Shown here: positions 41,110 to 50,875 of the stretch, piece after piece
Layout: every line of letters begins with the position of its first letter
Numbering within the stretch: the stretch's first letter is position 1
Assembly: GCA_965261445.1 (NCBI GenBank)
Contig: CBDHCW010000011.1
Location: forward strand, 967-64,966
DNA from: Dehalococcoidia bacterium
Lineage (GTDB): Bacteria; Chloroflexota; Dehalococcoidia; Lucifugimonadales; QGNO01
Length of the DNA stretch: 64,000 nucleotides
Direction: 5' to 3'
Made by a program: the position numbers and the translations under genes
The notes under the pieces: generated by a model
What the model saw: only the letters and a program-made list of their open reading frames with translations
What the model was told of the DNA's origin: nothing
Databases searched by the model: none

Positions 41110-43509
41110 CTATCCGCGTAGTTCAGCGCCTGTCTCTTCAGCAAGCCGTCTCATAATCTGCTCCTGCGCTGCGGATACAGCCTCCGCCGTCAGGGTTTTT
41201 CTCTTTGATTGGAAGTTTATGCGCACGGCGATGGACCGCTTACCTTCAGGCACTCCCTTGCCCGTATATACGTCAAAGATGGTAACGGTATCCACAAGGT
41301 TGTGCTGTTCGATCAGCGATTCCAGCTTTGACGCTGGCACGTCAGAGTCTACGACAAGCGCTAGGTCCCGGTACGAGCCGGGGAATCTGGGCAGCGGTGC
41401 GAAGCGGAGCATATCCTCCGGCAACAGGGACAGCAGCTTTGCCAGGTCTACCTCGAACATGGCTACGGCGCCCGCCGAGATGCTGAACCCTTCCAGTACT
41501 TCAGGCTTCACCTCTCCCACCACGCCCACCTGCTCGCCGCCCACGGTGATAGAGGCCGTTCTGCCCGGATGAAGCAGCGGGTCCTGGACTGCCGTGTATT
41601 CTTCCCTCACATCCAGTCCCGACATCAGCGCTTGTACCACCCCTTTGGCATCGAAGAAGTCCACCTTGTCACTTTGGCCTGTCCACGATAGCGATGTCCG
41701 GTCTCCCCAGACTGCGCCTACCGCAAACTCGCGTTCTTCCGGCAGTCCGTCCCGATCAGGCAGGTATACGCGCCCCACTTCAAACAGCCGTATGCTCTGT
41801 TGACCGTACCTCTGGTTCATCTCCAGGGTGGAGAGCAGGCTGCCACGCAATGAAGTCCTCAGGTATTGCTGTTCCGGGGACATGGGGTTCCGCAGTGTCA
41901 AAGGTTCCACCTCTCCCAGCGCCTCGGCCTTGTCCAAGGTCCCGTGGCTGGTCACCGCATATGAAATTACCTCTTGCAGACTCGTTTCCACCAGCAGGTC
42001 CTTGACCCTTTCCCTAAGCTCCCTCTCCGGCTGTCTGTGGTGCTGAGGAATGCTGGTGCCCAGGAACGTTGTGGGTATCGCATCGTATCCTGTTGTCCGC
42101 GCCAGCTCTTCAACCAGGTCATCCTCAATCGATATGTCGCTGCGCCAGTAGGGGGGCTCCACCTCCAACACGTCCTGCCCTTTGAGTTGAAAGGTAAAGC
42201 CCAGCGAACTCAGCACGCGTTCTGTGTCTTCTAGGGAGAACCTGACTCCAAGCACCTTTTCAACCCTGTCCAGCGAAAACCTGACCACTCTGGAGTCAGC
42301 TTTCCCCGGATACGCGTCGGCGATTCCTTTAGAGACCTGCCCGCCCGCTATCTGCTGGATCAGCTGCGTTGCTCTCCTCAGTGCTATGGGCGCCAACTCA
42401 GGGTTCAAGCCTCGCTCAAACCTGTATGAGGCCTCGGTTCTCATCTGCAGTGCCGCCGCGGTGCGGCGTATGCTCGTAGGATTGAAGTTCGCCGACTCCA
42501 GAAGCATATTGCGCGTTTTCTGGGTCACCTCAGTCTCGGCGCCGCCCATCACCCCGGCGATTGCCACCGCCTTTTTAGCGTCGGCGATTGCCAGCATCTC
42601 CGCTGTCAGATTGCGCTGCTCACCGTCTATGCTGGTCAGGGCCTCTCCTGCTTTGGCCCGCCGCACGCGTATGACGCCCTCCCCAAGCATATCGAAGTCG
42701 AAAGCGTGCAGGGGCTGGCCGTATTCCAGCATCACGTAGTTGGTAATGTCCACCAGGTTGTTGATAGGGCGCTGGCCCGCTTTGACCAGGCGTTCTTGCA
42801 ACCACTGCGGCGACGGTTCCACCTTCACTCCCTTGATCAGACTTGCCGTGTACCTTGGTGCAAGGTCAGGGTCGTCGATGAATACCTTGACCTCCTGCTC
42901 GATTGCGGGTTCCACTTCAGGATAGGAGACGTCCGGCTCACGCACTCCGCCGTCGCTGAGAGCCGCAACTTCATAGGCCACGCCGAGTATAGATAACCAG
43001 TCGGGTCTGTTGGGAGTAACCTCGGTGTTCAGCACGGTATCGCCCAGGTACTCGACCAGTGGAGTGCCCACGGGCGCGCCGTCGTTAAGCACAAGTATCC
43101 CATCGTGGTCCTCGCCCAGCCCCAGCTCGCGCTCCGAGCAGACCATACCCTGCGACACGACGCCTCTGATGCTGGCCGCTTTCAGTGTCTCCAGCTTGTC
43201 CGACTGCGGATTGATGAGGCGCGCCCCTAATCTGGCAAATGCTATCTTCTGTCCTTCAGCCAGGTTGGGACCGCCGCAAACTACCGTGATCCGCTCGCTT
43301 CCCAGGTTTACCGTGGCCAGCTTGAGCCGGTCGGCATTGGGATGCTGCTCGGCTTTCACAACCAAGCCCACGGAGATGTTCTCCCATTGCTCGCCTATGA
43401 CCTCGACCTCACCGGTCTCCAGGCCGGCCATGGTCAAACGGTGCGCCAGCTCCTTTGCCGGCAAGGCCACATCCACGTATTCTTTCAGCCAGGATATTGG
43501 TATCTTCAT
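41110..43509 (-). CDS. pheT: Phenylalanine--tRNA ligase beta subunit
   Basis: ISWLKEY, HPNAD.L, TPNRPD, FERG. Confidence 0.97.
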   Translation of the reverse strand: MKIPISWLKEYVDVALPAKELAHRLTMAGLETGEVEVIGEQWENISVGLVVKAEQHPNADRLKLATVNLGSERITVVCGGPNLAEGQKIAFARLGARLINPQSDKLETLKAASIRGVVSQGMVCSERELGLGEDHDGILVLNDGAPVGTPLVEYLGDTVLNTEVTPNRPDWLSILGVAYEVAALSDGGVREPDVSYPEVEPAIEQEVKVFIDDPDLAPRYTASLIKGVKVEPSPQWLQERLVKAGQRPINNLVDITNYVMLEYGQPLHAFDFDMLGEGVIRVRRAKAGEALTSIDGEQRNLTAEMLAIADAKKAVAIAGVMGGAETEVTQKTRNMLLESANFNPTSIRRTAAALQMRTEASYRFERGLNPELAPIALRRATQLIQQIAGGQVSKGIADAYPGKADSRVVRFSLDRVEKVLGVRFSLEDTERVLSSLGFTFQLKGQDVLEVEPPYWRSDISIEDDLVEELARTTGYDAIPTTFLGTSIPQHHRQPERELRERVKDLLVETSLQEVISYAVTSHGTLDKAEALGEVEPLTLRNPMSPEQQYLRTSLRGSLLSTLEMNQRYGQQSIRLFEVGRVYLPDRDGLPEEREFAVGAVWGDRTSLSWTGQSDKVDFFDAKGVVQALMSGLDVREEYTAVQDPLLHPGRTASITVGGEQVGVVGEVKPEVLEGFSISAGAVAMFEVDLAKLLSLLPEDMLRFAPLPRFPGSYRDLALVVDSDVPASKLESLIEQHNLVDTVTIFDVYTGKGVPEGKRSIAVRINFQSKRKTLTAEAVSAAQEQIMRRLAEETGAELRG

Positions 43510-43582
43510 AGAGTTATGCTACACAGGGTATTCAAACCAACATTATACTTATCCTGATTGATTTCGCCACCATGGGGGCGTT

Positions 43583-44590
43583 GTGAACTATAGGACTCTG
43601 GGCAGAACGGGACTTCGCGTATCTGAGGTTGGCTTTGGCTGCGGCAACGTGGGCGGACTGATGGTGCGCGGCTCCTTCCAAGAGCAGTTGGAAGGCGTAC
43701 AGCGCGCCCTTGACCTTGGCGTCAACTATTTCGATACGGCACCAAGCTACGGGGACGGGCTTTCCGAGACCAATCTTGGCCGCGTGCTCGACCACCTCAA
43801 GCCCCAGGCCTGGATTGCTACGAAAGTGAATTTGCGCCACAGCCTGGACGATATCAAGGGCGCGGCACGTCGCTCTTTGGAAGACAGCCTGAAGCGCCTT
43901 GGCCGTGACTCCGTGGACATCTTCCATCTCCACGACGGCATAACAATGCAACGCGGCGGCGGCATCAGCGGCGAGACCATAGGAATCGACGATGTCTTGG
44001 GCAAGGACGGTGTGGCTGACGCCTTCGACGGTCTGCGTTCGGAGGGGCTCACCCGGTTCATTGGTTTCACCGGCAACGGCGATACCGGTGCGCTTCTCAA
44101 GGTGGTGGACAGCGGCCGCTTCGACGTTGTGCAGACCTACTACAATATGCTCAACCCAAGTGCCGGCGTGTCGGTTCCATCCGCTTTCGTTGGCCATGAC
44201 TTCCGCCATCTCATCGACCGCGCCGCGGGGCATGACATGGGCGTTGTGGTGATTCGCGTGATGGCCGCCGGCGCGCTGGGCGGAACTTCGGCGCGGCAGG
44301 GGCACGCTTCTCCCACCATCGGGAGTCCCATGGTCACCGATTCCGCCTATGACGCCGATGAGGAACGCGCCTCCAAACTCGACTTTCTCATCTCCGGCGA
44401 CATCCAGTCCCGCCCCCAGGCCGCGGTACGCTTTGCGCTCATGCATACCGGCGTATCTACCGTGCTCGTAGGCTTTTCCAGCTGGGCCCAGATAGAGGAA
44501 GCTACATCCGCCTCTGAAAAACATCCCATTCCCCATGAGGCGTTATCCAAGCTCCACCGGCTCTGGGCCAGCGACTTCGGCAGATCGTAG
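43583..44590 (+). CDS. Aldo/keto reductase
   Basis: LGRTGLRVSEVGFG, FDTAPSYG, SLKRLG. Confidence 0.9.
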   Translation: MNYRTLGRTGLRVSEVGFGCGNVGGLMVRGSFQEQLEGVQRALDLGVNYFDTAPSYGDGLSETNLGRVLDHLKPQAWIATKVNLRHSLDDIKGAARRSLEDSLKRLGRDSVDIFHLHDGITMQRGGGISGETIGIDDVLGKDGVADAFDGLRSEGLTRFIGFTGNGDTGALLKVVDSGRFDVVQTYYNMLNPSAGVSVPSAFVGHDFRHLIDRAAGHDMGVVVIRVMAAGALGGTSARQGHASPTIGSPMVTDSAYDADEERASKLDFLISGDIQSRPQAAVRFALMHTGVSTVLVGFSSWAQIEEATSASEKHPIPHEALSKLHRLWASDFGRS

Positions 44591-44620
44591 CACTTACCCC
44601 AAGTTCCCAGGAGGCACAAC

Positions 44621-46063
44621 ATGGCAGACATTCTCATCACCGGAGGCGCCGTCATCACCATGGACCCACAGCGCAGGGTCATAGAAGACGGCGCAGTAGC
44701 CATCGAAGCTGATCGCATTGTTGCCGTGGGCCCGCGGCAGGAGGTGGAGGCCGTACACAGCGCCGACCGCGTCATCCACGCCCAGCGCAAGGTAATCATG
44801 CCCGGTCTCATTGACGGCCACGGCCACGCCGGACATGCCCTGGTGAAGACCATGGGTCACGGGCCGGGCGCTATGTGGTCCAACACTGCCGACTATATCT
44901 ATGCCGAGGGCACGGACGAGGAGTTCTGGCATGCCGAGGCGCTTCTGGCCTCTCTTGACCGGTTGAAGAACGGCACCACCTGCGGAGTCACCTACTTTGG
45001 CGGAGGCACCATGGTGATGCGCGTGGACGAACCGGTCTACGCCGCCCGCCACTGCGAGGCCGTTCAGCAGCTGGGCATCCGCGAGTTCCTCGCCGTCGGC
45101 CCCAGCAACCCTCCTTATCCCAGGCAGTACGCACGGTGGGACAACGGCAATAGCCACACCTATATGGTCGACTTCGACCGGTACATGCGAACCACAGAGG
45201 AGATTATCCAGCGCTGGCATGGAGAAGCCGGTGGCCGCATCCATGTCTCGGTGATGTCTCCTACGCAGAACCCGGCGCGTTCTCCCTACAGTGAGACGCC
45301 GATTGAAGACCTCAAGGCCCAGGCACGCGCCCCCAAGGATCTCGCCGAAAAGTACGGGCTGATCCTGACGCAGGACGGCCACGATACGGGGACGGTCAAG
45401 TTTGCTCACGAGCAGCTTGGCATCCTTGGGCCGGACGTGCTCCTATCGCATTCCACGGGACTCACGGAGGAGGAGGTGCGCATCTGCGCCGAAACCGATA
45501 CCAGGATTGCCCACAATCCAAGCTCAGGCAACTCCTATCCGTCGCGCTGTCCCGTGCCACAGCTTCTTGACGCCGGGGTCACCGTGGCGCTGGGTTCCGA
45601 CGCAGCCGGACCGGATATGAACTACGACATGTTCCGCCACATGTACGTCTGCATGCGCCAGCACCGCGCCGAGTACCGTGACGGCGCTTACATGCCTCCG
45701 GGCAAGGTGCTGGAAATGGCGACCATAGACGCGGCTCATGCCCTGGGCTTGGACGACCAGATTGGGTCGTTGGAGGCGGGCAAGAAGGCCGACGTAATCC
45801 TGGTGGATATGAACAAGCCGCACCTGTACCCCCTGAACATGCCAGTGCATCGCGTGGTTGGCTTCGCCAATGGTCAGGACGTGGACACCGTCATAGTAGA
45901 CGGCCGGGTGCTGATGCAGGGCAGGGTGGTGACGGCAGTGGACGAGGAGGCCGTCCTGCAGCGAGCTCAAGCCGCCAGCGAGGCTATGCTGGAGCGTACC
46001 GGACTGCGCTCCCGCCTGGAAATCCAGGAAGGCTTCTGGGGTCACAGCAAGTATCCGTCTTGA
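44621..46063 (+). CDS. Amidohydrolase (MTA/SAH deaminase-like)
   Basis: PGLIDGHGH, ALGSD, GSLEAGKKAD. Confidence 0.9.
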   Translation: MADILITGGAVITMDPQRRVIEDGAVAIEADRIVAVGPRQEVEAVHSADRVIHAQRKVIMPGLIDGHGHAGHALVKTMGHGPGAMWSNTADYIYAEGTDEEFWHAEALLASLDRLKNGTTCGVTYFGGGTMVMRVDEPVYAARHCEAVQQLGIREFLAVGPSNPPYPRQYARWDNGNSHTYMVDFDRYMRTTEEIIQRWHGEAGGRIHVSVMSPTQNPARSPYSETPIEDLKAQARAPKDLAEKYGLILTQDGHDTGTVKFAHEQLGILGPDVLLSHSTGLTEEEVRICAETDTRIAHNPSSGNSYPSRCPVPQLLDAGVTVALGSDAAGPDMNYDMFRHMYVCMRQHRAEYRDGAYMPPGKVLEMATIDAAHALGLDDQIGSLEAGKKADVILVDMNKPHLYPLNMPVHRVVGFANGQDVDTVIVDGRVLMQGRVVTAVDEEAVLQRAQAASEAMLERTGLRSRLEIQEGFWGHSKYPS

Positions 46064-46107
46064 TGGTGGGTGTTGGATAGCGCTGAAGGGCTAGGTCTAT
46101 TTTGAAC

Positions 46108-46322
46108 CGAATTGTTTCAAACGTTATGTCTACTCCAAAGCTAAAAGCGGACCACTTTTTTGCAAATATGGGAAACAAATCCGAAAGGCGTCATTGGGGC
46201 GACGGTTTTTCGTCTGGAGAGAAGCGTGTGTGCGGCCGTCACTAGCGGGCTTTAATTTGCGGGTAGTGTTCATGGATACAGGATAAGGGCAAGGTGCGAG
46301 AGTGGGGAAGTGGTTGGTGGCG
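46108..46322 (-). repeat. Dispersed non-coding element, copy B
   Basis: Reverse complement matches the 31926-32002 core and upstream motifs. Confidence 0.75.
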
Positions 46323-46325
46323 GGG

Positions 46326-46401
46326 GCTGGGGCGTACCAATCTGCGCTCCCGCCTGGAAATCCAGGAAGGCTTTTGGGGGAATAGCAGGTATCCGGCTTG
46401 A
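46326..46401 (+). repeat. Diverged duplicate of the amidohydrolase 3' end (45988-46063)
   Basis: Encodes LGRTNLRSRLEIQEGFWGNSRYPA* versus LERTGLRSRLEIQEGFWGHSKYPS*. Confidence 0.9.
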
Positions 46402-46439
46402 TAAGTTGACATAGCACGACCGGCAATGTATATGGACAG

Positions 46440-46955
46440 ATGATGAGGATATTATTGTGTTTGATATTGGCTGCATTGTTTATGGCATGTGAGGAGCCAG
46501 ATTATTCGCCCATTGGTAAACATCTACCTATAACTCGAGAACCACTATTTGTACCTACGTCTGCTGCTACTCCTACAACTACTCCAACTCTCATGCCAAC
46601 TCCAACTATTCCAGCAGTTGCTACCAGTGTTGGAGAGTTACTATCTTCAGGACAATCTATAGCTGATGTAGTAGAAGAGGTCTTGCCTAGTGTAGTGCAG
46701 GTGGTAACGTTTAATTCTACTGGCAGTGGTTTCATTGTTACTACAGATGGTCTAGTGGTGACTAATCACCATGTTATAGAAGGCTTTGACAGTGTTTCAG
46801 TAAGGCTGAACAATGGTGTTACGGAGAATGCTAAAGTGGTTCATGTTTACGAGTATTTAGACCTAGCTTATCTACAGATAGATAGTCGTAATTCATTTAT
46901 GTCTGTAGAGATAAGAGATTCTTCTGAGGTAAGGATTGGAGAGGAAGTAATAGTA
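46440..46955 (+). pseudogene. Trypsin-like serine protease lipoprotein truncated by IS3
   Basis: Lipobox FMAC, GSGF, VTNHHV, DLA; cut after GEEVIV, before the catalytic Ser; AT-rich. Confidence 0.85.
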
Positions 46956-46972
46956 TCAGGTGGACCCCATCA

Positions 46973-47908
46973 TCAGGACAGCGGTGAGGCTAAAATAAGA
47001 GAGTCTACCGCTGGGGTGTCTCGTAAACCTTCATCCGATGGTAAGGCTCGTGGATGTTCCAGTAAACACCTTTGTGGGCTCACTGCTTGGAACACCTGAC
47101 CCGGTGACCGATAGCCCAGGGCTTGATGGGGCCGCTCTTGGTTGTAGAAGGCCAGATAAGCCCCAATCCCCTTTCTGGCCTCAGTCCCATTTTGGTATGC
47201 CTTCAGGTACACCTCCTCGTACTTGATGCTGCGCCACAGCCGTTCCACGAAGACGTTGTCCATACACCGGCCCCTGCCGTCCATGCTCACTTGAACGCCT
47301 TGCGCCAGCAGCATGCTGGTGAAGGCCTCGCTGGTGAACTGGCTGCCCTGGTCGGTGTTGAAGATCTGTGGCCGACCCTTGCTCAGGGCCTCTTCCAGAG
47401 CCGCAACACAGAAGTCTACCTCCAGGGTGTTGGACAGCCGCCAAGCCAGCACGTAGCGGCTGTGCCAGTCCATGATGGCCACCAAGTAGAGGAAACCCCG
47501 AGCCATGGGTATGTAGGTGATGTCGGTGGCCCACACCTGGTTGACCCGGTTGATCTCCAGCCCCCTGAGCAAGTACGGATAGACCTTATGCCCTGGGTTT
47601 GGCTTGCTGGTGTTGGGACGCCGGTAGATGGCCTCCAGGCCTATCAGCTGCATCAGCCGGCGGACCCGCTTGCGGTTGACCTGGTGTCCGTGATTTCTGA
47701 GCCAGGCAGTCATCCTTCTGGAGCCGTAGAAAGGTGTCTTCAGGTACTGTTGATCTATGCGGGCCATCAACTCCAAGTCCTCGGCGCCGGCCTCGGTTGG
47801 CAGGTAGTACAACGAGGAGCGGCTGATACCCAGCAAGGCGCACTGGCGCACCAGAGACAGCTTCGGTTCTTCTCGGTCAATCATGGCCCGGCGTTGGGAC
47901 CGGCTCAC
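46973..47908 (-). CDS. IS3 transposase OrfB
   Basis: Identical to copy 1. Confidence 0.95.
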   Translation of the reverse strand: MSRSQRRAMIDREEPKLSLVRQCALLGISRSSLYYLPTEAGAEDLELMARIDQQYLKTPFYGSRRMTAWLRNHGHQVNRKRVRRLMQLIGLEAIYRRPNTSKPNPGHKVYPYLLRGLEINRVNQVWATDITYIPMARGFLYLVAIMDWHSRYVLAWRLSNTLEVDFCVAALEEALSKGRPQIFNTDQGSQFTSEAFTSMLLAQGVQVSMDGRGRCMDNVFVERLWRSIKYEEVYLKAYQNGTEARKGIGAYLAFYNQERPHQALGYRSPGQVFQAVSPQRCLLEHPRALPSDEGLRDTPAVDSLILASPLS

Positions 47909-48189
47909 AACCCGAAGCTCCGTGACAAAAAATCCCGTTCCACCTTGAGCTGCCCAATCTGTTGGTAGAGCTGGGCAGTGAGGACCTCTTGGTCCTTCTC
48001 CTGGCGTCCAGCACCATTTTCAAAGAGGTGCGGCGCCCCCTGAATCAAGGCCTTCTTCCAGGCATGGATCTGGCTCGGGTGGACTTCAAACCGGCTGGCC
48101 AGCTCTGCAATGGTGTGCTCCCCCTGGAGCGCGGCCAAAGCCACTTTGGCCTTGAAGACTGGGCTGTGCTTCTTACGTGTTTGCTTCAT
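47905..48189 (-). CDS. IS3 transposase OrfA
   Basis: Identical to copy 1. Confidence 0.93.
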   Translation of the reverse strand: MKQTRKKHSPVFKAKVALAALQGEHTIAELASRFEVHPSQIHAWKKALIQGAPHLFENGAGRQEKDQEVLTAQLYQQIGQLKVERDFLSRSFGL

Positions 48190-48268
48190 GTCCTGCTCCT
48201 TGTTTCCGTCCTATTTTAGGAGCGGGACTCTCTCTTAGCCACCTGTCCGAATTTTGGGGTCCACCTCA

Positions 48269-48568
48269 CTGTTCGCGGGGATGTCAGCATTCTCGTGGAA
48301 CGAGGCCCAGAGTCATGGCGAATGGCTAACAACCCGGGCAGGACAGTTTAGACTCATACCTCAATGTTCAAACGTGTCCGTCTCAAATTCAGCCTACCCA
48401 AAGCATGAGGTGCTTGAACACTTGGCTTCTCGCCGACTACCTTATGTTTCTCTCAAGGCTGCTAATGGAGAGGGGCTCAGGACATATGGGCCGGATCATC
48501 CCATCAACTTTTGGAAATACACTCCTCAGGGAGAATTTGATAAAGCACCTCTCAGGAACGTATCATGA
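48269..48568 (+). pseudogene. Possible 3' remnant of an unknown gene cut by IS3
   Basis: Open frame running out of the IS end; lower GC; no recognisable motif. Confidence 0.35.
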
Positions 48569-48692
48569 CCACCCTCACCGAAGCCGACGTTGGGGAGTGG
48601 TTTATGAAATGCCCACGCGGGAGACGCGGCGTTGAACCATCGCGTCGGACATGTCGGCCATATTCATAGCATCGCCATGATCGACCTGTATT

Positions 48693-48748
48693 GTAGGGGT
48701 ATCCCTCGTGGATACCCAGGAGAGGGCAACCACAAGGGTTGCCCCTAC
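48693..48748. repeat. GTAG-type REP doublet
   Basis: GTAGGGGTATCCCTCGTGGATACCC and inverted GGGCAACCACAAGGGTTGCCCCTAC. Confidence 0.85.
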
Positions 48749-48782
48749 GTGGGGACGATTATGTGCAGGGAAAGGATGACGT

Positions 48783-49132
48783 ATGGATAGCATCCCTGAA
48801 GCGCGACGCAGGCGCTCGATTCGTCTGAAGGGCTACGATTATTCCCGTACCGGCGCGTATTTCGTGACCACCGTTACCCAAAACAGGTTGTGCCTCTTCG
48901 GAGACGTGGTTGGAGATGAGATGCACCTCAACGAGGCGGGTATAATGGCACAAGAGATGTGGGAAACGCTGCCACACCGGTTCCCGGGTAGAGACCTGGA
49001 TGCGTTCGTTATCATGCCGAACCACATTCACGGTATCATCGCAATTAACGAACCCGTAGGGGCGTCCCTCGTGAGCGCCCAAGACAATAGCATGGCAACA
49101 GGAGAGAGGGCAACCACAAGGGTTGCCCCTAC
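48783..49132 (+). pseudogene. REP-associated tyrosine transposase (RAYT), C-terminally truncated
   Basis: RRSIRLKGYDYS..GAYFVT and MPNHIHGI (HUH); no catalytic-Tyr half before the EVE gene. Confidence 0.85.
49056..49132. repeat. GTAG-type REP doublet inside the RAYT frame
   Basis: GTAGGGGCGTCCCTCGTGAGCGCCC and inverted GGGCAACCACAAGGGTTGCCCCTAC. Confidence 0.85.
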
Positions 49133-49160
49133 GGGTTTTCCCGCGAACATGAGCGTGCTG

Positions 49161-49640
49161 TCAGGACTCGAGGCAGACCGGCTCTCCCAGGTTGCGCACC
49201 ACGTTCCACTCTTCTTCCGTGACGGGCTGGATGGAGAGGCGGTTGCCGCGTTTGAGCACGCCCATGTCTGCCAGCTGGGGCACACCTTTCAACTCGTCGC
49301 GGGTCACTATGCGGGTGAACCGTTCCAGCGGTTTTAGGTCTACCATGTACCAGATTGGATTGTCCGGCGTGCTCTTGGGGTCTGGATGGTCTGATGCGTG
49401 GTCCCAAGCCGTGTCGTCGGGGTAGCCTTCACGGACCACCTCGGCGGCGCCCACGATGGCTATGGGATCGGTGTTGCTGTGATAGAAGAGAACGCCGTCG
49501 CCCGCTTTGACCTCGTCTCGTAGGTAGTTGCGCGCCTTGAAGTTGCGCACCCCGTCCCACTCGGCCACACCGTCGTTGACCAGGTCGTCGAAGGAGTACG
49601 CGCCCGGTTCCGATTTGAACAGCCAGTAACGCTTTGCCAT
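49161..49640 (-). CDS. EVE domain protein
   Basis: YWLFKSEP, WDGVRNFKARN, RLSIQPV. Confidence 0.92.
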   Translation of the reverse strand: MAKRYWLFKSEPGAYSFDDLVNDGVAEWDGVRNFKARNYLRDEVKAGDGVLFYHSNTDPIAIVGAAEVVREGYPDDTAWDHASDHPDPKSTPDNPIWYMVDLKPLERFTRIVTRDELKGVPQLADMGVLKRGNRLSIQPVTEEEWNVVRNLGEPVCLES

Positions 49641-49673
49641 GGTTTCGCCTCCTGCATGGGAGACCCTTGCGTT

Positions 49674-49712
49674 CACCCCCATCTCAATCTTCCCCCGTCA
49701 AGGGGGAAGAGG
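49674..49712. repeat. Isolated palindrome TCTTCCCCC-N5-GGGGGAAGA with a C-rich tail
   Basis: Perfect 9-bp stem between divergent genes. Confidence 0.55.
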
Positions 49713-49805
49713 TTTTGCAAAGGTCTGCATGGAATTATAGCGGACACTTTTCGTATAGAATACGGATTCTATTCGTTCGATAGTCAACAGTTCCAAGGAG
49801 ACGAC

Positions 49806-50267
49806 ATGCCCAGCAGCGAAATGAAGGCCCCCGATCAGATCAATCCCCAAAGTCTGGGTGATTACCTGGACGTTATGAGCAAGGCCATCTTTCAGACGGG
49901 AATCTCCTGGAGGGTTGTGGAGAACAAGTGGCCGGGGACAAGAGAGGTGTTCCACAACTTCGACGCGGAGAGAGTGGCAAGCATGTCCCTGAGCGAAATA
50001 GACGCGATTGCCCAGGATACGCGGGTGATCCGCAACCGCCGCAAGATAGAAGCCATTGTGGGCAACGCGGTCAAGGTGGTGGAACTGGCCAAGCAGCACG
50101 GCTCTTTCAAGAGCTACCTCGGATCGCACGGCGGCTTCGAGGGAACGGTTGCCGCTCTGCGCAAGGAGTTCAAGTTCCTTGGCGATACGGGGGCGTACTA
50201 TCTGCTGTACGTGGTAGGTGAAGAGGTGCCTTCGCACGAGGAGTGGATGGAATCGAGAGGCAGATGA
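49806..50267 (+). CDS. DNA-3-methyladenine glycosylase I (Tag)-like protein
   Basis: FQTGISW, IRNRRKIEAIVGNA, FKFLG. Confidence 0.8.
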   Translation: MPSSEMKAPDQINPQSLGDYLDVMSKAIFQTGISWRVVENKWPGTREVFHNFDAERVASMSLSEIDAIAQDTRVIRNRRKIEAIVGNAVKVVELAKQHGSFKSYLGSHGGFEGTVAALRKEFKFLGDTGAYYLLYVVGEEVPSHEEWMESRGR

Positions 50268-50866
50268 CGACGCTAGAGGAGAATACGGTCCCGGGGGACG
50301 CGTTCCATCAGTTCAACTTGTGGTACGAGGAAGCGCGGCAAGCGGGCGAGGATTTTCCCGACGCCATGGTGCTGGCCACCGCGGACAAGGATGGCGCGCC
50401 TTCCGCCCGCGTGGTGCTGTTGCGCGCCGTCGGTGAGGGATGCCTTGTCTTCTTCACCAGCTACACCAGTCGCAAGGGCGAAGAGCTGAGGGACAACCCC
50501 AAAGCCGCCGCGGTGTTCCACTGGCCCAAGCTGAGCCGTCAGGTCAGGGCGGAGGGCAGCGTCGAGCCCGCGCCGGCGGAGGAGTCGGACGCCTACTTCA
50601 GAAGCCGCTCCCGCGAAAGCCGGGTAGCCGCCTGGGCGTCCGAGCAGAGCAGGGTGATCCCGGATAGGCGACGCCTGGAAGAGTGCTGGAGGGAATACGA
50701 CGCCAGGTTCAAGGACGATGTTCCCAGGCCGCCGGACTGGGGAGGGTACAGACTGCGGGTCAGGGTGATGGAGTTCTGGCAATCCAGGGAGCACCGCCTG
50801 CACGACCGTTTGCGGTATACTTTGGAAGAAAGCGGGGGGTGGCGCATTGAACGACTTGGTCCTTGA
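50264..50866 (+). CDS. pdxH: Pyridoxamine 5'-phosphate oxidase
   Basis: AMVLAT, SRKG, EFWQ...RLHDR. Confidence 0.92.
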   Translation: MTTLEENTVPGDAFHQFNLWYEEARQAGEDFPDAMVLATADKDGAPSARVVLLRAVGEGCLVFFTSYTSRKGEELRDNPKAAAVFHWPKLSRQVRAEGSVEPAPAEESDAYFRSRSRESRVAAWASEQSRVIPDRRRLEECWREYDARFKDDVPRPPDWGGYRLRVRVMEFWQSREHRLHDRLRYTLEESGGWRIERLGP

Positions 50867-50875
50867 GACGCCTTC

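Larger units (their letters stand above)
46956..48268 (-). mobile_element. IS3-family insertion sequence, copy 2
   Basis: Same IRs and identical ORF translations at an offset of 18156 bp; flanks GTA/CTG are not duplicated. Confidence 0.95.

Noticed and set aside
28800-48268. Composite transposon formed by the two IS3 copies
   Set aside because: Copy 1 has its own target duplication, the outer flanks do not match, and the interior is core translation genes
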